50,000 bases of DNA from Chiloscyllium plagiosum (Eukaryota), in NCBI RefSeq assembly GCF_004010195.1, contig NW_025214735.1, positions 1 to 50,000 of the forward strand, given 5' to 3'. Below the pieces are notes generated by a model. It saw only the letters and a program-made list of their open reading frames with translations, was not told the DNA's origin and ran no database searches. Shown piece by piece: positions 11,278-26,002 of the stretch (position 1 is its first letter; each line of letters begins with the position of its first letter). A program made the position numbers and the translations under genes.

Positions 11278-13590
11278 CATAGAGTCATAATTACATAGCA
11301 TGGAAACTGATCCTTTGCACCATCTTGTCCACACCAACCAGACATCCTAAACTGATCGAGTCCCATTTGCCAGGATTTGGCCCATATCCCTCTTAAACCC
11401 TTCCTATTCAGATGCCTTTTAAATGTTATCATTGTTCCCTCCTGCACCACCTCCTCTAGCAGTTCATTCCATAAATGCAGCACCCTCTACGTGAAAAAGT
11501 TGCCCTTCAGGTCCCTTTTAAATCTTTCCCCCTCACCCTCAAGCTGTACCCCTAGTTTTGGACTCCTCTGCCTGGGGAAAAAGACCTTGGCTATTCACCC
11601 TGTCCATGCCCCTCTTAATTTTGTAAACATCTATAAGGTCACCCCTGAGCCTCCTACACCCTGAAGAAAATGCCCTAGCCCTTTAAGCCTCTCCCTATTG
11701 CTCAAATCCTCCAATTCCTTCAACATCCTTTTAAATCTTGATATCTTTTATAATTGCTCACAGTACTCCAGATGAGGGATCGCCACACCCTGTACAGTTT
11801 CAGTAAGATTTCCTTACTCTTATGCTTCAACTCCCTTGAAATAAGAGCCAATGTTCCACTAGTCCTCCTGATTACCTGCTGCACCTGTGTGCTAGCTTTC
11901 TGTATTTCATGTACAAGTATCCCCAAGTCCCTTTGTGTTGCAGCTTATTAGAGCTTTTCTTCATTTAAATAATACTTTGTAGTTTTGTTCTCCTTTCCAA
12001 AATTAACAACTTTGCACTTTTCCACATTAAACTCCATTTGCTAACATTTTGCCCACTTACTCAATCTATCAATACCTCACCGTAAACTGGATCCCTCTTA
12101 CAAATTGCCTCTCCACCCATATTTGTGTCATCTGGAAATTTGGCTATAGTCCATGTGCTTCCTTCCTCCAAGTCCTTAATATATAATTTTAAACACTTGC
12201 AGTCCCAGCAGCTCACCTCTGCCTTTTGGCCTCTTCTAATGTTCTAAGGTAAACTGCCTAAGTTTTACTCATCTCAACCTTCCTGAAATCTTTCATTCTC
12301 GGCACCATTTTAGAAAATCCCCTATGGTTATTGACTCTCCTGGCACTGGAAACAGTTTCTCCTTATTTACTTTTTCAAACCTCCTCAAATCTTTGATCTC
12401 CTCTGCTGAATCCTCCATTAATTTTCTTTGCTCTGATGACATCATACAAACATAAGAAATAGGAATAAAAATAGACCAGTCAGCCCCTCAATCACTTAAT
12501 ATGAATATGCTGATCCATTTGTGTTTCAAATTCCTCAATCCCATCTTCCCCAATAACCCTTGATTCATTGTTTAACAAGAGTCTGTCCACCTCCGTGTGA
12601 AAAACATTCAGTGACCCAGCCTCCATCACTTCCTGAGGCACAGAGTTCAAAACTTTGAGGAGAAAGTGAGGTCTGCAGATGCTGGAGATCAGAGCTGAAA
12701 TAGTGTTGCTGGAAAGAGCTTATGCCCGAAACGTCGATTCTCCTGTTCCCTGGATGCTGCCTGACATGCTGTGCTTTTCCAGCATCACATTTTCAGCACA
12801 GAGTTCAAAAGTCCAGAACCAAAAAGGTCTTCCCCTCATCTCTGTCAGATGACTCCAAATTTTAAGAACAGTGCCCCCCCCCGCAGTCGTGAACTGAACC
12901 ACAAGAGTAATAGGGTCATACAGCATGGAAATAGACCCTTCGGCCCAACCAGTCCATGCCAAACATAATCCCAAACTAAACTAATCCCACCTGCCTGCTC
13001 CTGGCCCATATCCCTCCAAACCTCTCCTATTCATGTACTTATCCAAATGTCTTTTAAACATTGTCACTGTACCCTCATCCACCGCTTCCTCAAGAAGTTC
13101 ATTCCACATATGAACCATTCTCTGTTTAAAAAAAAAGTTGCCCCTTACCTTTTTAAATCTTTCACCTCTCACCTTAGAAATATTACCCCCTAGTCATGAA
13201 ATCCCCCATCCTAGGGAAAATACACCTACCATTAACCCCTATCTAGACCCTTCATGATTTTATAAACCTGTTTAAGGTCACCTCTGAACCTCATTCCTTG
13301 TTGAAACCATTCAGGATCTTACACACTTCAAACAAGTCACTTATCACTTTTCCAAATTCCAGTGGAAGCAAGTCCAGGTTGTCCAACCTATCATCATAAG
13401 ATAACTCGCTCATTCCAGGTATCGGTTTAATACCACTTTGCTGAACCACCTCCGATGCATTCTATCTTTCCTTAAGTAAGGAGTTTAAAATGACATGCGG
13501 TATCCGAGATGTGATCTCACCAATGCCCTTTATAACTAAAGCATAATATCCTAACTTTTCTGTTTGATTCCTCTTGTTATAAAGGAGAAG
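11278..13590 (-). mobile_element. Cluster of nested CR1-clade LINE 3' fragments
   Basis: Tails at ~11278, ~12450 and ~12905; WNELLEEVV motifs in minus-strand ORFs. Confidence 0.75.
12653..12795. mobile_element. Penelope-type insertion (family A) with internal inversion
   Basis: 15-bp TSD gcacagagttcaaaa at 12638-12652 and 12796-12810; retains gcttatgcccGAAACGTCg but not the CUGANGA box. Confidence 0.75.
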
Positions 13591-14659
13591 TTCAAGTAGA
13601 TTCTGGTAGAACTCCTTTGCACCCTCTCCAAAGCTTCATCTTGCTTCCTAACGTATTCTGCCCAGATTAGGCCATATTCTCTCACTCTGATTGGTGTATT
13701 TGGTAGTTTTCCCTGATTCCCATTTCACTGTTTGCATGTTTCTGCCCTTCTTAAAGAGTCTTGAATCATCAGTTCTGATGACTGATGAAAGTTGTTAAAA
13801 CTGTGATGGGAGGAATGTGCTGTTAATGAAGTCCCACTGAGCCCAAGTCACACTGTTTAAATTCAGTCAACTATCCAGAAAGAAGAGACTTCCAACAGAC
13901 TTCTTCAAAAATCTCAAAATAATCCATTTATTATAACACAAAGTGAGTCTTTAAAACAAATGTCAAATTGACTAATATCCAAGGTACAATCCAGAATTAG
14001 AACTATATCTCCTTTTATTTCCAAATTCTCTTTCACACACAGGTACAAAGGAGGCTGCAGAAATTATACTTTCCAAAAAAAATTCCACAGGAAAAATATT
14101 CCCCTTATTGGCCGATGGTCTGTAAAATAAAGGAGATTGATAAATCCATACACTTCACCGTGCTTCTTGTTGACAAAATGAAATTGATGAGACCCTTTAC
14201 AGCTGTAAGATCTTTCAAACAAAAATATTTTAAACAAAGCTTCAATTCAGTGAGAAATCAAACTGGTTCCTAGTCTTTGCTAAGTGGTCACAGTTCAGTT
14301 TCTCATGATTTGCAAAGGCATAAAAATACTGAGGTGTTGACTTCAAGGTTCCCAAATATCAACCTGCAGAAGAGAGGAAGGAAAAAAGTTGCAGTATTAC
14401 TGCGCCTTACTGCTGCTTCTTTTTTCTTTCTTCTTGACTTCCCAGATCTTTGAATCACAAGTCAAATCCAGCTATGGCTGGTCGACAACCATCAGCACAA
14501 ATGTCCCATAATCTCTTCCAAAAACAAGTGTTCCAGCAATTAAGGGAAATTAACACTTTTTAATTCCAAAAAGTGTCCAAACAGTTCAATATCTTCCAAT
14601 TCTCAAGGTGATTTGTAAAGATAAATATGCATTCCCAACAAAACCATCCATCTTTTCAC

Positions 14660-15430
14660 TTGGCAACTGGAATATAATATAGGAAAATGAGGTTGTGCAT
14701 TTTGGCAGGACAAATTGAAGAGCTGTATTTTATCTACATGGAGAAAGAGTGTTGAAAACCACCCCACAGAGGGATTTGGAATCACAAATAGCTAGTAAAC
14801 ATGTTCCGTGGGTAGTAAGGGAGGGAAATGGAAAGTTGGCTATTAATTCAAAAGGAATGGAAATATAAATGTAGGGAGGTTTTTTTTGCTAAAACTATAC
14901 AAAGAAACAGTCAAACCACAGCTAGAACCCTGTTTGTGCCCCCTATCCAAGGCAAGATATTACTGGCATTTGGGCATCCAGAGAAGTTTCACTAGGCTGA
15001 TACCAGATATGGAGGGACTGCCTTCTGTGGAGGAGTGAGGAGTTGGGTTTGTACTCATTGGAATTTAGAAATATGTGAGGTGACCTTATTGAAACATGTA
15101 AGCTTCTTTGAGGAGTTGACTTGTCGACTTGTGGGAGAGCCTTGGATCAGTCGGCATAATCTCAAAATAAGAGGTTAGCCACTTAAGACAGAGATGAGGA
15201 GGAATTTTTTTTCTGAGTATAGTAAATTTGTGGAATTCTTTACCACAGAGGACTGTTGATGCTAGATTACTAAATATTCTCAAGGCTGAGATAGACAGAT
15301 TTTCAGTCAGTAAGGGAAGTGAAGGTTGTGAAAAAGGCAGGAAAGTGGATTTGGGATCAGCCATGATCTCATTGAATGGTAGAATATGGACTGAATAGCC
15401 TAATTTTGTTCCTGTATTTTATAGTCTGAT
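14660..15430 (+). mobile_element. Degenerate CR1-clade LINE 3' fragment
   Basis: ggtgaccttattgaaaca (GDLIET) motif and tail cagccatgatctcattgaatgg. Confidence 0.7.
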
Positions 15431-15747
15431 TTATCTGGCACATTTCCTATTTTATTGAAAGTGTGTGGATACTCCCTCCAGAAGTAATGCTTATCTCAGT
15501 ATTACAGGCAAGTTTTTCTTCATAGTTCTTCGCAGCACCTAGTTCAGCATTTTGATTATCTTGACAGGGACCTGGAGGACAAAGGGTGGATGGATGGCAC
15601 TGATGCTAAGAACAAATTGTTTTGCACATCACATTCATACACTTCTTTCTGCTTTATTGGTTCCTAATACTGTTTCTATGCATTTGATTGTAAACTGGTG
15701 GAAGCTCCTTTCTAGACAGTAACAGGTATCTTGGTTCTCTTTGATAG

Positions 15748-15987
15748 AAACTTTATGCAGAGCTGGAATCTCTTGGAAAGATTGAAACTGAAAGTCTGGT
15801 GACACTGACAGACAAGCTGGTCAAAGAAAATCTCCCATCATCTGAAACTGAAGAAATCCTTAAGTATGAGAAGAAGTTAGAAAAATGGGAAGAAGAACGT
15901 GCTTCACTGATTCAGAGAGAAAGAGAGTTGAAGGAGAAGGCTCGCCAAGAGAGAGAAGCCAGACGAGCAGCAAAAGCCGCAACTTAA
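15748..15987 (+). CDS. MRPS27: Mitochondrial ribosomal protein S27, last coding exon (to TAA)
   Basis: Acceptor ttctctttgatag|AAA. Encodes KLYAELESLGKIETESLVTLTDKLVKENL...WEEERASLIQRE...AAKAAT*, resembling the human C-terminus [29 protein letters not shown]...AAKASA. MAP1B is the convergent neighbour, as in human. Confidence 0.92.
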   Translation, partial: KLYAELESLGKIETESLVTLTDKLVKENLPSSETEEILKYEKKLEKWEEERASLIQRERELKEKARQEREARRAAKAAT

Positions 15988-16255
15988 ACCTCGTTATGCT
16001 CCATCTTTGGTGCAAGTGATTAGGCTGACCTATTAATTTGATTAAATTGTGCCATTTGCAGTATCTGCATAATTCTTTCATCATTTCCAAAGCGTTAAAG
16101 CAATATGAATAATTTGGGTCTTGCTGATCAATGAATTCAAAGTTGTAAATATGCGGTTTTTTTTCCCCTAGCCACTTCAATCTGAACATCTGCATATGGA
16201 TCATAATATTGTTATTTCACAGTAACCCTAAATCAACATCTAACTATAATGTTTT

Positions 16256-16261
16256 AATAAA
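16256..16261 (+). promoter_or_regulatory. Candidate MRPS27 polyadenylation signal AATAAA
   Basis: First AATAAA seen after the stop, about 270 nt downstream; no transcript evidence. Confidence 0.45.
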
Positions 16262-17639
16262 AAGCTAGTTATTTCCAGAAAATACTATTTTGTCATCTAT
16301 TCTATTAAAGGAGATGGATATTTTGTAAGATTGTTAGAAACAAGTATCAATGCCATTAGGAGAGTATAATCTTCAGAGAAGGTTAGCAGTTGCGATACTA
16401 TCTCAAGTTGTTTGTATGGCAGTAAAGTCCTCATTATAAAATTGAATTCTGGTGGAAATTTATACAATTAGTAATAAGTTATGATCAGAGAATGATTCAC
16501 AAAGTGATTTGATCCTTATTCCACTTTTAAAATATTGGTAATTGATGTACTATCTTTTATTTGGTTGCTAAGAGTTTAAAGATAGTTTAAAAAAACCCTT
16601 GAGTATGCATTTTTATCTTTGTTAAATCATGCTATGTGCCCAAATCAAGTCTGTTTCAGACCATCACAGACCCATTGATACATCAAACAAGCAAGAAAAC
16701 TAGCAAACAACAGTCATCAAATAGAAATGCGGGTGTTTAGTTGTTTATTACTGAACACTTTTAAATCATGACTTTTATTTGAAAATTTTTAGAAATCATG
16801 GATGATGCATACCATATAAAATTCTGTGTTGCTCCATTTTATGTTCCTGCTCTTAGCTTTGTGCCCAATAACTCTGTTTTAAATTGATAGAAGTATAATA
16901 TCAAACTAGCAAAACCACTTCTGTGCTTTTCTTTTTTGGAAGACCATCATGTTGTCCTTAAAGGTCATTGAGTGATTTTTTTCATGGAAATTAAAGCTGG
17001 AGTAGGTTTTTTTGTTGAAGACAGTGGCTCCTTTTTATGTTCAAATAAGAAATGAAGTGGAAGGGACAAGTCCTACAATACAGGATATGAAGATTGCGAA
17101 GAGTAAACTTTAAAATGAGATAAAACCAAAGTATTCGTGCTAAACTGGATTTTGAAAAACTTGATGTTTGTATTAAGAAAATAATCTAGAAGGGTAAGGA
17201 ATTTCATTATGTTGCTATTCTAGGACAGAATGCATTCTTATCAGAGACTTGAATGGGAGTATTCTTTTAAATTATTCATTCACAAGATGTGGGATTTACC
17301 CATATTGCCGTTAACCATATTGCCGTTGGTCTAGAGATACATGTGGCCAGACCGGGTAAGGATGGTATATTCCTTCACTAAAGGACATTAGTGAGTCAGA
17401 GGGTTTTTCCCCCAATGATTGACAATGGGTTCATGGGCATTGCCATTCCAGACTTTTATTAAATTTAAATTCCATCATCCACTATGACAAGATTTGAACC
17501 CGGATCCTCAGGGCATTACCTGGCTCTGTAGGGTAACAGTTCAACCACAGTCCAAGTAAGCTGTTGCCTCCCCTAGTCCAGCAATGGTAAGACAGAGGAT
17601 TGGGATTTTTAAAAAATAACAAAAAACAACCAAAAAAAA

Positions 17640-18860
17640 AGAGAAAATTAACTTGAGTAAACTTGCAAATAATATAAAGGCAGTCAGCAAGAGCTTCTTT
17701 AAATATACAAAAAAGAGACATGCAAAAGTGAACTTAGGCCTCATGGAGAATGAGGCTGGAAATATAATAATAGGGAGTCAGGAAATGGCAGAGAAGTTGA
17801 ATAAATATGTTACATCAGTCTTCACCTTAGAAGACACCAATAGCATCCTAAAATTATTAGTTATTTAAGAGACAAAAAGAGCACCGAAAATAAATACTAT
17901 AACTATTACTAGAGAAATGATGCTAGGAAACCAATGGGGCTTAAAGACTGATAAATCATCTGGATATGATGGAATGCATCCTAGGATATTAAAGGAACCA
18001 GCTACAGAGATGATTTGGAGAGGCTGGTGTTGGACTGGGGTGTACAAAGTTAAAAATCACACGACGCCAGGTTATAGTCCAACAGGTGTAATTGGAAGCA
18101 CTAGCTTTTGGAGCACTGCTCCTTCATCAGGTTGTGTCCTGATGTTGTGTGATTTTTAACTCGCTACAGAGATGGATGCATTGGTAGTAACCTTCTAGGA
18201 ATCTTTAGATTCTGGAAGAATCTCAGAATTGGAAAACTGCCAATGTAAAACCTTTGATTAAAAAGAGTCAGCATGGTTTCATAAAGGGGAAATCATGTCT
18301 GACAAATTTTATGGGATCTAGTTTTGGAGGTAATAAGCAGGAAAGATTAAGTGGATGCAATTGATGTCATATATTTTGATTTTCAGAAGTCATTTGATAA
18401 GGTACCACATGTAGGATAAGAGCTCCTGGTGTTAGAGGTAGTGCATTGGCAGGGATATAGGATTGGCTAACTCGGAGAAGACTGTTGGGATAAGGAGAAC
18501 ATTTTCAAGAAGACAACGTTGAATCGTGTGTTGTAGGGAGCAGCGCTGGGGCCACAATTAATTACAATATATATTAATGACTTGGATGAGAAAAGTTAGT
18601 GCATTATCACCAAATTTGTGGATGACACCAAAATAATGGCGGGAATGATAGAGTCTGCAGAACATTGTAGACAGGTTAAGTGAAGTGGGCAGAAGCTTGG
18701 CAGATGGAATATATTTTGGGAAAATGTGAGGTTATTCACTTCAGCAGGAAGAATGGAAGAACTGAATATTATTTAAATAGACAAAATCTGCAGAAAGCTA
18801 TAGGACAGAGAAATTTGGGACTCCTTATCCATGAATGAAAAGAAGCTAGTATTCATGAGT
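17640..18860 (+). mobile_element. Degenerate CR1-clade LINE ORF2 fragment
   Basis: KSFFKY, MAEKLNKY, DKSSGYDGMHPRILKE, DFQKSFDKV and KFVDDTK motifs. Confidence 0.8.
18013..18162 (-). mobile_element. Penelope-type insertion (family B) inside a CR1 fragment
   Basis: 12-bp TSD gctacagagatg at 18001-18012 and 18163-18174. Minus strand has CTGATGA-a-GGAGC-agt-GCTCC-aAAA-GCTA-gtg; short inverted end. Confidence 0.75.
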
Positions 18861-19289
18861 ATAAAACATTGTTCTATATTTTTGGAAAGAATTATATGGT
18901 ACTGTGAACTGCTGTTATGAAGCACTAACCTGCTGGTCCAAAAGCCTTACTAATGTTGCCCATAATCATTCAGAAAATAATTGGGAGTTCATAGTGGTTC
19001 TAGTCTAGCTACTTGCAAAAACTACTTGCAGTACTAAAGGGATATGCTCATGACTTTCCTATTCCATACAGGGGAAAAGGAAAAGCAACATGCATATTAC
19101 AGTTTTGTTTCCTTAATCTTTATAATAGTATATTTAATTAAAAGTATTTTTGGTGCAAGAATGAAAGAGAATTGGTGGCTTAACCATGGTTTACAAAAGA
19201 AATTAGGGATAGTGTTCGACCCAAAAAGGAGAATAAAATCACCAAAGAAAGCATCAAGTCTGAAAATCGAGAGCATTTTACAATTCAAC

Positions 19290-20820
19290 AAAGAAAACAA
19301 ATCAAGAGCGTAAGAAGAGAATAAAATTGCAGGGAATATTGAAACTGACAGTAAAAGCCTCTATAAATACGTGAAGAGCAAAGATTTGTAAAGATAAATG
19401 CAGGTCCCTTACAGTCAGAAACCAGGGTAATTATAATTGGAAAGAAAGAAATGGTAGAAGAATTGGAACATATTATTTGGTTCTGTCTTCACAAGAGGGC
19501 ACTGCTAACTTTCCAGACATGTCAGGGAACTAAGGGTCGAGTGAGAAGGAGGAATTGAAGGAAATCAGTATCAACAAGTAAATGGTGCGAGAGAATTAAT
19601 GGTGTTAAAGTCTGACAAATCTCCAGGGATTAATCACCATTATCCCAAAATAATCTATATCATCGAGTACTAAAAGAAGTTAATTTGTTCTCATCTTCTA
19701 AACTTTTATAGACTCTGGAGCAGTTCCTACAGATTGGAGTGTAACACATGTAACAACTCTATTTAAAAAGAGGGGAAGGGAAAAAAAAAGAAATACAGAC
19801 TGCCTAGTTTAATACCAGTAGTGGGGAAAATGTTGGAGTCTATGATAAAAGATTTGATAACAAAACATTGAGAAAGCATTAACAGATTGGTCAAAGCAGG
19901 CACATGTTTATAGAAGCAAATCATGATTCACAAATGGTGTTCCAACTGGTGTTTTTTGAGGATTTAACTAGTAGAATAGATAAGGGAAAACCAATGGGTA
20001 TGGTGTATTTGGATTTTCAGAAGGATTTCGATAAGATCCTTCATAAGAGGTTAGTAGACAAAATTAAGACATATGGGACACGGGGTAATTTATTGGCATG
20101 GAGTGACAATTGGTTGACAGAGAGAAAGTAGAGTGTCGAAATAAATCTGAGTGGCAGGTGGTGACTAGGGAGGTACTGCGAGGATCAGTGCTTGGGCACT
20201 AGCTATTCATGATCTGTATCAATGAGCTACACAAGAGAACCAGTAAGTCAGGTTGGGATGTCTGGTCAGTGCAGATGAGTTGGATCGAAGGGTCTATTTC
20301 TATGTTATATGACTCTATGACCAAGTGCAATATTTACATTTTTGCTGTCAGCATAAAACTGCAGGGTTGTGAGGAGGAAACTTTAATGTGATTTAGATAA
20401 TTGAGTGAGTGGACAAACATGTTGCAGAAGCTGTACAATGCAGCTAAATGTAAAATTATGCATTTTAGTGTGAAAAATAGAAAGGAAGAATATACAGACT
20501 AAATACAGGGACGATGTTTTCTCTGCTTGGGGAGTTTAAAACCAGGGGACACAGTCTCAGGATATGGGACTGAGATGAGGAAACATTTCTTTGCTGAAAG
20601 GGTAGTGAACCAATGGAATTCCTACTGCAGAAAGCTTGGAGGCCAGGTTACTGAATATATTCAAGAAATAACTTTTTATAAAGATTTTAAAGGCATTAAG
20701 GGATAAGGGGGTAAAAACGGGAATATAGCACTGAGATAGACAATCAACCATAATCATATTGAATGGTGCAGCAGGCTCAAAGGGATGAATGGGCTATTCC
20801 TGCTCGTAGTTCCTATGTGA
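19290..20820 (+). mobile_element. Degenerate CR1-clade LINE ORF2 fragment with 3' tail
   Basis: VYLDFQKDFDKILHKRL RT motif; a second short CR1 tail is nested at ~20245-20320. Confidence 0.8.
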
Positions 20821-21334
20821 CTACCATGGTACTAATGCGTTCCAATGTCCATCCTGTGGTACCTGTGTTCACAAACCTCTTATTTTCCTGATTCCTGACA
20901 TCCACACTCTGACATCTGAGCTAATGATGGTTAGTTCATTCTCAGCAAAGAAAAAATGATTTGTTCACCTTTGAACATAGAGACAACAATGTAAATACAG
21001 AAAGAATAAGATTTAAACCATCAATGTTATAAGGAACACAGAATTGACTGTAATGAAATACAACTCTGAAAGAGCAAGAGAGAGTGGAGCATAAGAGAGG
21101 TGAGAATAATTTTATAGTACAATAACTATGCAGTCAGAAACATAAGGTGCATCTACTGATGGCCTATATTGCTACTATTCTACTGCAAAATTAATGTAAT
21201 ATTTAATGAATTAAAGAAACAACAGGCTAAATTAAGATTATTCAGATACTGAAATAAACATGGATCAGCAACCTATGGAAATTCAGTGTTTGTAAATGTA
21301 CTTTACATGTTGTAAATACTTGATTATAGTTTAA

Positions 21335-21750
21335 CCTCAGCTCACTGTTCATACTATCATTTCTTAAGTCAGAAGATTGTGGATATTAGCCTCAGTTGAG
21401 GGACATGAGCTAGGCCAACATTTGAGTGCAGTCCTGGTGGAATTCTGCATTACCAAATATATATTTAAAATAAAATGATAAGCTGGGATTCCATCTGCCT
21501 ATTAAAATATTAAAATGTTACATATCTCTGTTCAAATACAGAAATTCCCCTACTGTCTTCACAAAATGTCTCCCATCAACCAGCACTGCCAATAACATTA
21601 TTTGATTTGTTTGTTTCATAAACTGTTGAAGGGACTTGCAAGTGCAAATTGCATTCCATATTTATCCACACAACAGCAATAACAACGCTGAGTCTTTGTG
21701 GAAATCTTGTGACTATGATGGGGAACTCTATAGATGCAAGTTACTTTTCT
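21335..21750 (+). mobile_element. Highly degenerate Deu-domain SINE-like copy
   Basis: aagtcagaagattgtgg head and ctatagatgcaagtt tail, collinear with the 35400 copy. Confidence 0.45.
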
Positions 21751-24139
21751 CTTTAACAAGAGGCTGTCAGAAACATACTAAAGCTGAAAGGTCCAGAAGG
21801 TAGGAGCAGAATTGCCTGGTTGTTCGGCTTTGCATTAAAATGGCAGTTAGCAATATATATTTCATCTGTTAATGGGGATGAAGGATTGAGCTTATTGATC
21901 AACCACTCATATTGAACCTTCTTAACACATCACCCTTTTTTGCTGAAGTCAATGAATTGGAAAATCATGCAGAGTATGATTGTGTTTTTTCCTTCAAGCC
22001 TTAATTATTCCCCACAGCAATGCATTCCTTACTATAGTGACCTAATAAAGACACTTTCCTAGTCACTGTTTTGGTCTTAACTTTCAACTGATCGCTCCTG
22101 GTGACTTAATCCTCAGCCAAGCGAAGCTGTCTTTCCCATTGCTTTCTAACTTAAAAATATATATATATATTTCATTTCTTCTTGGTCTTTTCTGCTTCAG
22201 TGTGAATAGCCAAATCCATGACATATCATCCTAGTGAATCTTCACTGTATGTTAATGGCTTTAATGATCTTTCTGTAAATGGAATAACTGTACATAGTCC
22301 TTAAATTCTGGCATAATCAATGTTATGTATAAATTCCACAATATTTCTTTATATTTGTTCCCTGCCCACATTTGTAAAACCCAGAATTGTACTTACCTTG
22401 TTGATGTCTTCAAAGCCACCAACTTTGCCCTTGACAGGCATTTGTGTTTGAATTCCTAGGCCTTCTTATGGACTTGCATCATTCAGTGTCATTTTTTAAA
22501 ACCTATACATTATTCCTAGTTACATTCCCCAACAAGTATGATTTTACATTTATGCACATTAAAATGTACCTGCCATTCAATTGTCAATATTGCTAACCTG
22601 CTGTGTACTTCATTTGTTTCTTATAGTGGTTGCTGTTTGTCAAAAACCAAGTTTTCTCAGTTTATTTTGCACTGGAGACTCATCCAGACCTCCCCTGTCC
22701 AATAGGTGCTTTTTAAAAATATATGATCCTAGGTTGACCATATGCTCACCTAGTATCTGCACAGTTATGATTCCAGTGGCCAATAATATTGGAAAAGTCA
22801 GTTCTCAGAATGACAAACTTGGTTTGATAGATTCTAAGTTTTATTTTTGCAGCTTGGTTACTCTGGTCAGTCACTGATTATATTCACACTACTCTGACAA
22901 TATTCTTTTAACAAAAGAATACAAGTTCATCATATAAAAAAAGAAACAAACCTATGTATATAAGACAACTTAGATCTTAATATAAACAGCAAACATTAAA
23001 ATTCAAACTCTGTTCCAGCAATATCCTTTACAGACACCCAATTTGTCAAGTAACACTTCAACTGAGAAAGTTTAAAATACTTCCTTTCATTGAATTTCTA
23101 TACATTAACCAGATGTGATTCTCTCCATTACTGTCTCTCACCCAACATTCACAGACACCAGCTATTTCATTGATTTTTTTTCCGAGCTATGTTTTAAGAA
23201 AAACCTTATCTATTTAAACTGCTGAAAAAACATTTTAAGACTTTTAAGATGTCTTTTCCAACTGTAAAAACCTGGATTTCTATAAGCTAACATTCCCTCT
23301 GCAGTTTTTTTAAATAAAGGTTATTCATAGAATGTAGGGCAGCAATTATTACCCATCCCTAGTTGCCCTAAGAAGGTGTTAGCAAGCTGCCTTCTTGAAA
23401 CATTACTGTCCACTTGATGTAGGTACAACCATTATGCTGTTAGAGAGGCAGTTCCAAGATTTAGACCCAGTGACACTGAAGGAATGGCGATATATTTGCA
23501 CATTAGGATCTTGAATGGAGTTTGTAGGGGAACTTGGAGGTGACGGTGCTCCCATGTAACTGCTTCCCTCATTCTTCTAAATGATAGTGATTGCAGCTTT
23601 GGTAGGTGTTGTCTAAGGAGCCTTGGTGAGTTGTTGCAGTGCAGATTGTGAACAGTGCTGCTAATGTCCATCACTAGTGAAGGGAGTGCTGAAACTCATT
23701 CTCAACTGAATCCTGGTTGTAGTGCCTTGTCTGTCTTTAATAATAATGCCATAAAAATTTAATTTTTTAAACAATTCTCCTGGGTAGTTTTATCTAGCTT
23801 ATATCACACGCTTTCTTGGAAATTCACTGTTCACAATGACCTTATGAGCTTTGTTAAAAGCAGAACAGTCCCTTCTCAGATGAAACTAAAATCTAGTTTT
23901 CCTTCAGTTTAGAATCCAAGTTCCCAAATAATAACAATATACTACAAATCTATATTATACATTGTATATGTTCCAGAATGGGTTCTAAATATCAAATAGG
24001 AATGCAAAACCTGGCTTTTTTTTTCCCTTGCCAAGGAAATGTGTCAAGTTGTACCCTTCTTGTCACCCAGTTCAAATCAAATGTAAACTTTTGTTTCTAT
24101 TTTGTAATACAATTCTAAATTTTGCTTCTAGTCAATGCT

Positions 24140-24460
24140 TCAATCTAAGACTTGAACATATAAGCTTGACTGGCATTTCAATGATGTACCCCATTGTTGG
24201 AAGTGCTGTCTTTCAGATGATAACAACCTGCTGCCCTGTTTACTTGTTCAGGTGAATGTAAATGACCCCATGGCACTTTCAAAGGACAGCAACGAGTCTA
24301 GCTGACCAATATTTAGCCTTAGCCTAACGCCATAAAACATTCACTGGTTATTCTTACATTTTGGATGTGCGACTTACAAAATGGCAATGACTATATTTCT
24401 ACAAAAAAGTATATCACTGTGTAATGACTTTAGAATGAGGTAGTAGTTATGTACAAGGTA
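24140..24460 (+). mobile_element. Degenerate Deu-domain SINE-like fragment
   Basis: gtgctgtctttcagatga...caggtgaatgtaaatgaccccatggcact core. Confidence 0.5.
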
Positions 24461-24745
24461 TTTTTTTAAAAACACCATACAGGGTATTAAAGAAAAACTT
24501 ATACATGGATGTCAAACACCTATAGATATCAGCAGGCATCTAGCGTGTTCCAGTAGGAGCACAACACAGGAGGGGAAACAATGAATTTGTATTTATTGTA
24601 TACTTGTGATGTCATCTGGCTATTCTGAAGTATTTTGCGTGGTCAATTTATTTTATATGTATATAGGGGCCTAAATCTTTGGCCAACATTGGAGCCCTTG
24701 TTTCTGATACTGACAAGACAAAAAAAAGCACATTTACCTTCCTCA

Positions 24746-24848
24746 TTTTCATTAGGAAGGGTCACTGGACCCGAAACGTTAACTCTGATTTCTCTCCACA
24801 GGTGCAGTCAGTCCTGCTGAGCTTTTACAGTAATTTCTGATTTTGTTA
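24746..24848 (+). mobile_element. Penelope-type insertion (family C), 5'-truncated in the hammerhead core
   Basis: 10-bp TSD accttcctca at 24736-24745 and 24849-24858; contains GGGTC-actg-GACCC-GAAACGTT. Confidence 0.65.
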
Positions 24849-25214
24849 ACCTTCCTCAGATTTTTTTGCCAATCTTCTGTTTAAGGATTCTGCAAACCTC
24901 TTTAACATAGAAACCTTGGAGACATTATTGAAGGAAATTCACACAGGAGCCACACTGCTTTTCACTGTACCAGCTGCCATGTTCTGGTACGTAACAATTT
25001 AAATGACCAGGAATTCTTGTGTTAGCGTGAGTACATGGCTGAATGTGTTGCTGTGTGAAGTGGGTAAAGTGGATGAGGTAAGTGGGTAGGGTGGCAGGTG
25101 GGGGTGGTGGTGTCACTATAGAAGGAGATGTTGAGTTAGAGCCAGTCAGATCAGGTCAGGAGGGTCAGGGAAGAGTCAGATGATTGAGGTTGAGAAGATC
25201 CAGTGTGAGTGATT

Positions 25215-25884
25215 TGTTATGATGCAGCTGATATTACTCCTGAACAAATCAGGTTCTGGAATGAAATCTGGCTTTATTTTCTTTAATATGACATGGCAGC
25301 AGCCTATCACAGAAACCTTAGCACACGAAACTGCAGATTTACTTTTAACAATAAAACAGAAGTCAATAACACAAAAAAAAATCAAACAAACCAAGCTAGT
25401 TGTCTTCAAAGGTTTGACAAATTTCAAAATCACACAATAACAAAATCCGATCCACTGCCCAAAATCATCACTTTAATCAAAATCCAGCAAAATTTTCTTT
25501 TCCTATTAAATCTGCAGGTTTGACTTAACTACTTCTCATTTCCTGTCCTGTACGCTGCAAAGCTTTTTCCTTTTCTCACAACAGATATCTTGGATTCTAG
25601 ATAAATACTCCTCATCTAGAAGTTTCACAGACTATTTTACTGCACTTTAACTGCTCTTAATATCTTCTTCACTAGGAAACTGTATACTTGCTTCTGACCC
25701 CAGTCAAGTTTCTTCAAACTTAATTAAGAATAAAACTAGTTCAATCCAGACTCTGTACATCTAATAGCTTAATGTTTTCTCTCTCCCATTGTCCCACAAT
25801 GTAAACACATTTCCGTTAACACTTCAGGAGTTCTTTCAGCCAGCAGATCCCTGGCACATAATGGTTTAAAATCATGGTTTCACA
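25215..25884. mobile_element. Solo-LTR-like element (TG...CA)
   Basis: Begins tgttatga and ends tttcaca; its start resembles ~22763 (gttatgattccag...cagttctcagaatga); no TSD seen. Confidence 0.35.
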
Positions 25885-26002
25885 AAGACTGATATAGTTA
25901 ATTTGTAAACCCCTTTTCAAAAATAGATCAATGACCGATATTCCACTAATTCGAAGTCCAAATGTTTCAATAACAAAAAAAATTGATTTTTATATGTGTT
26001 AA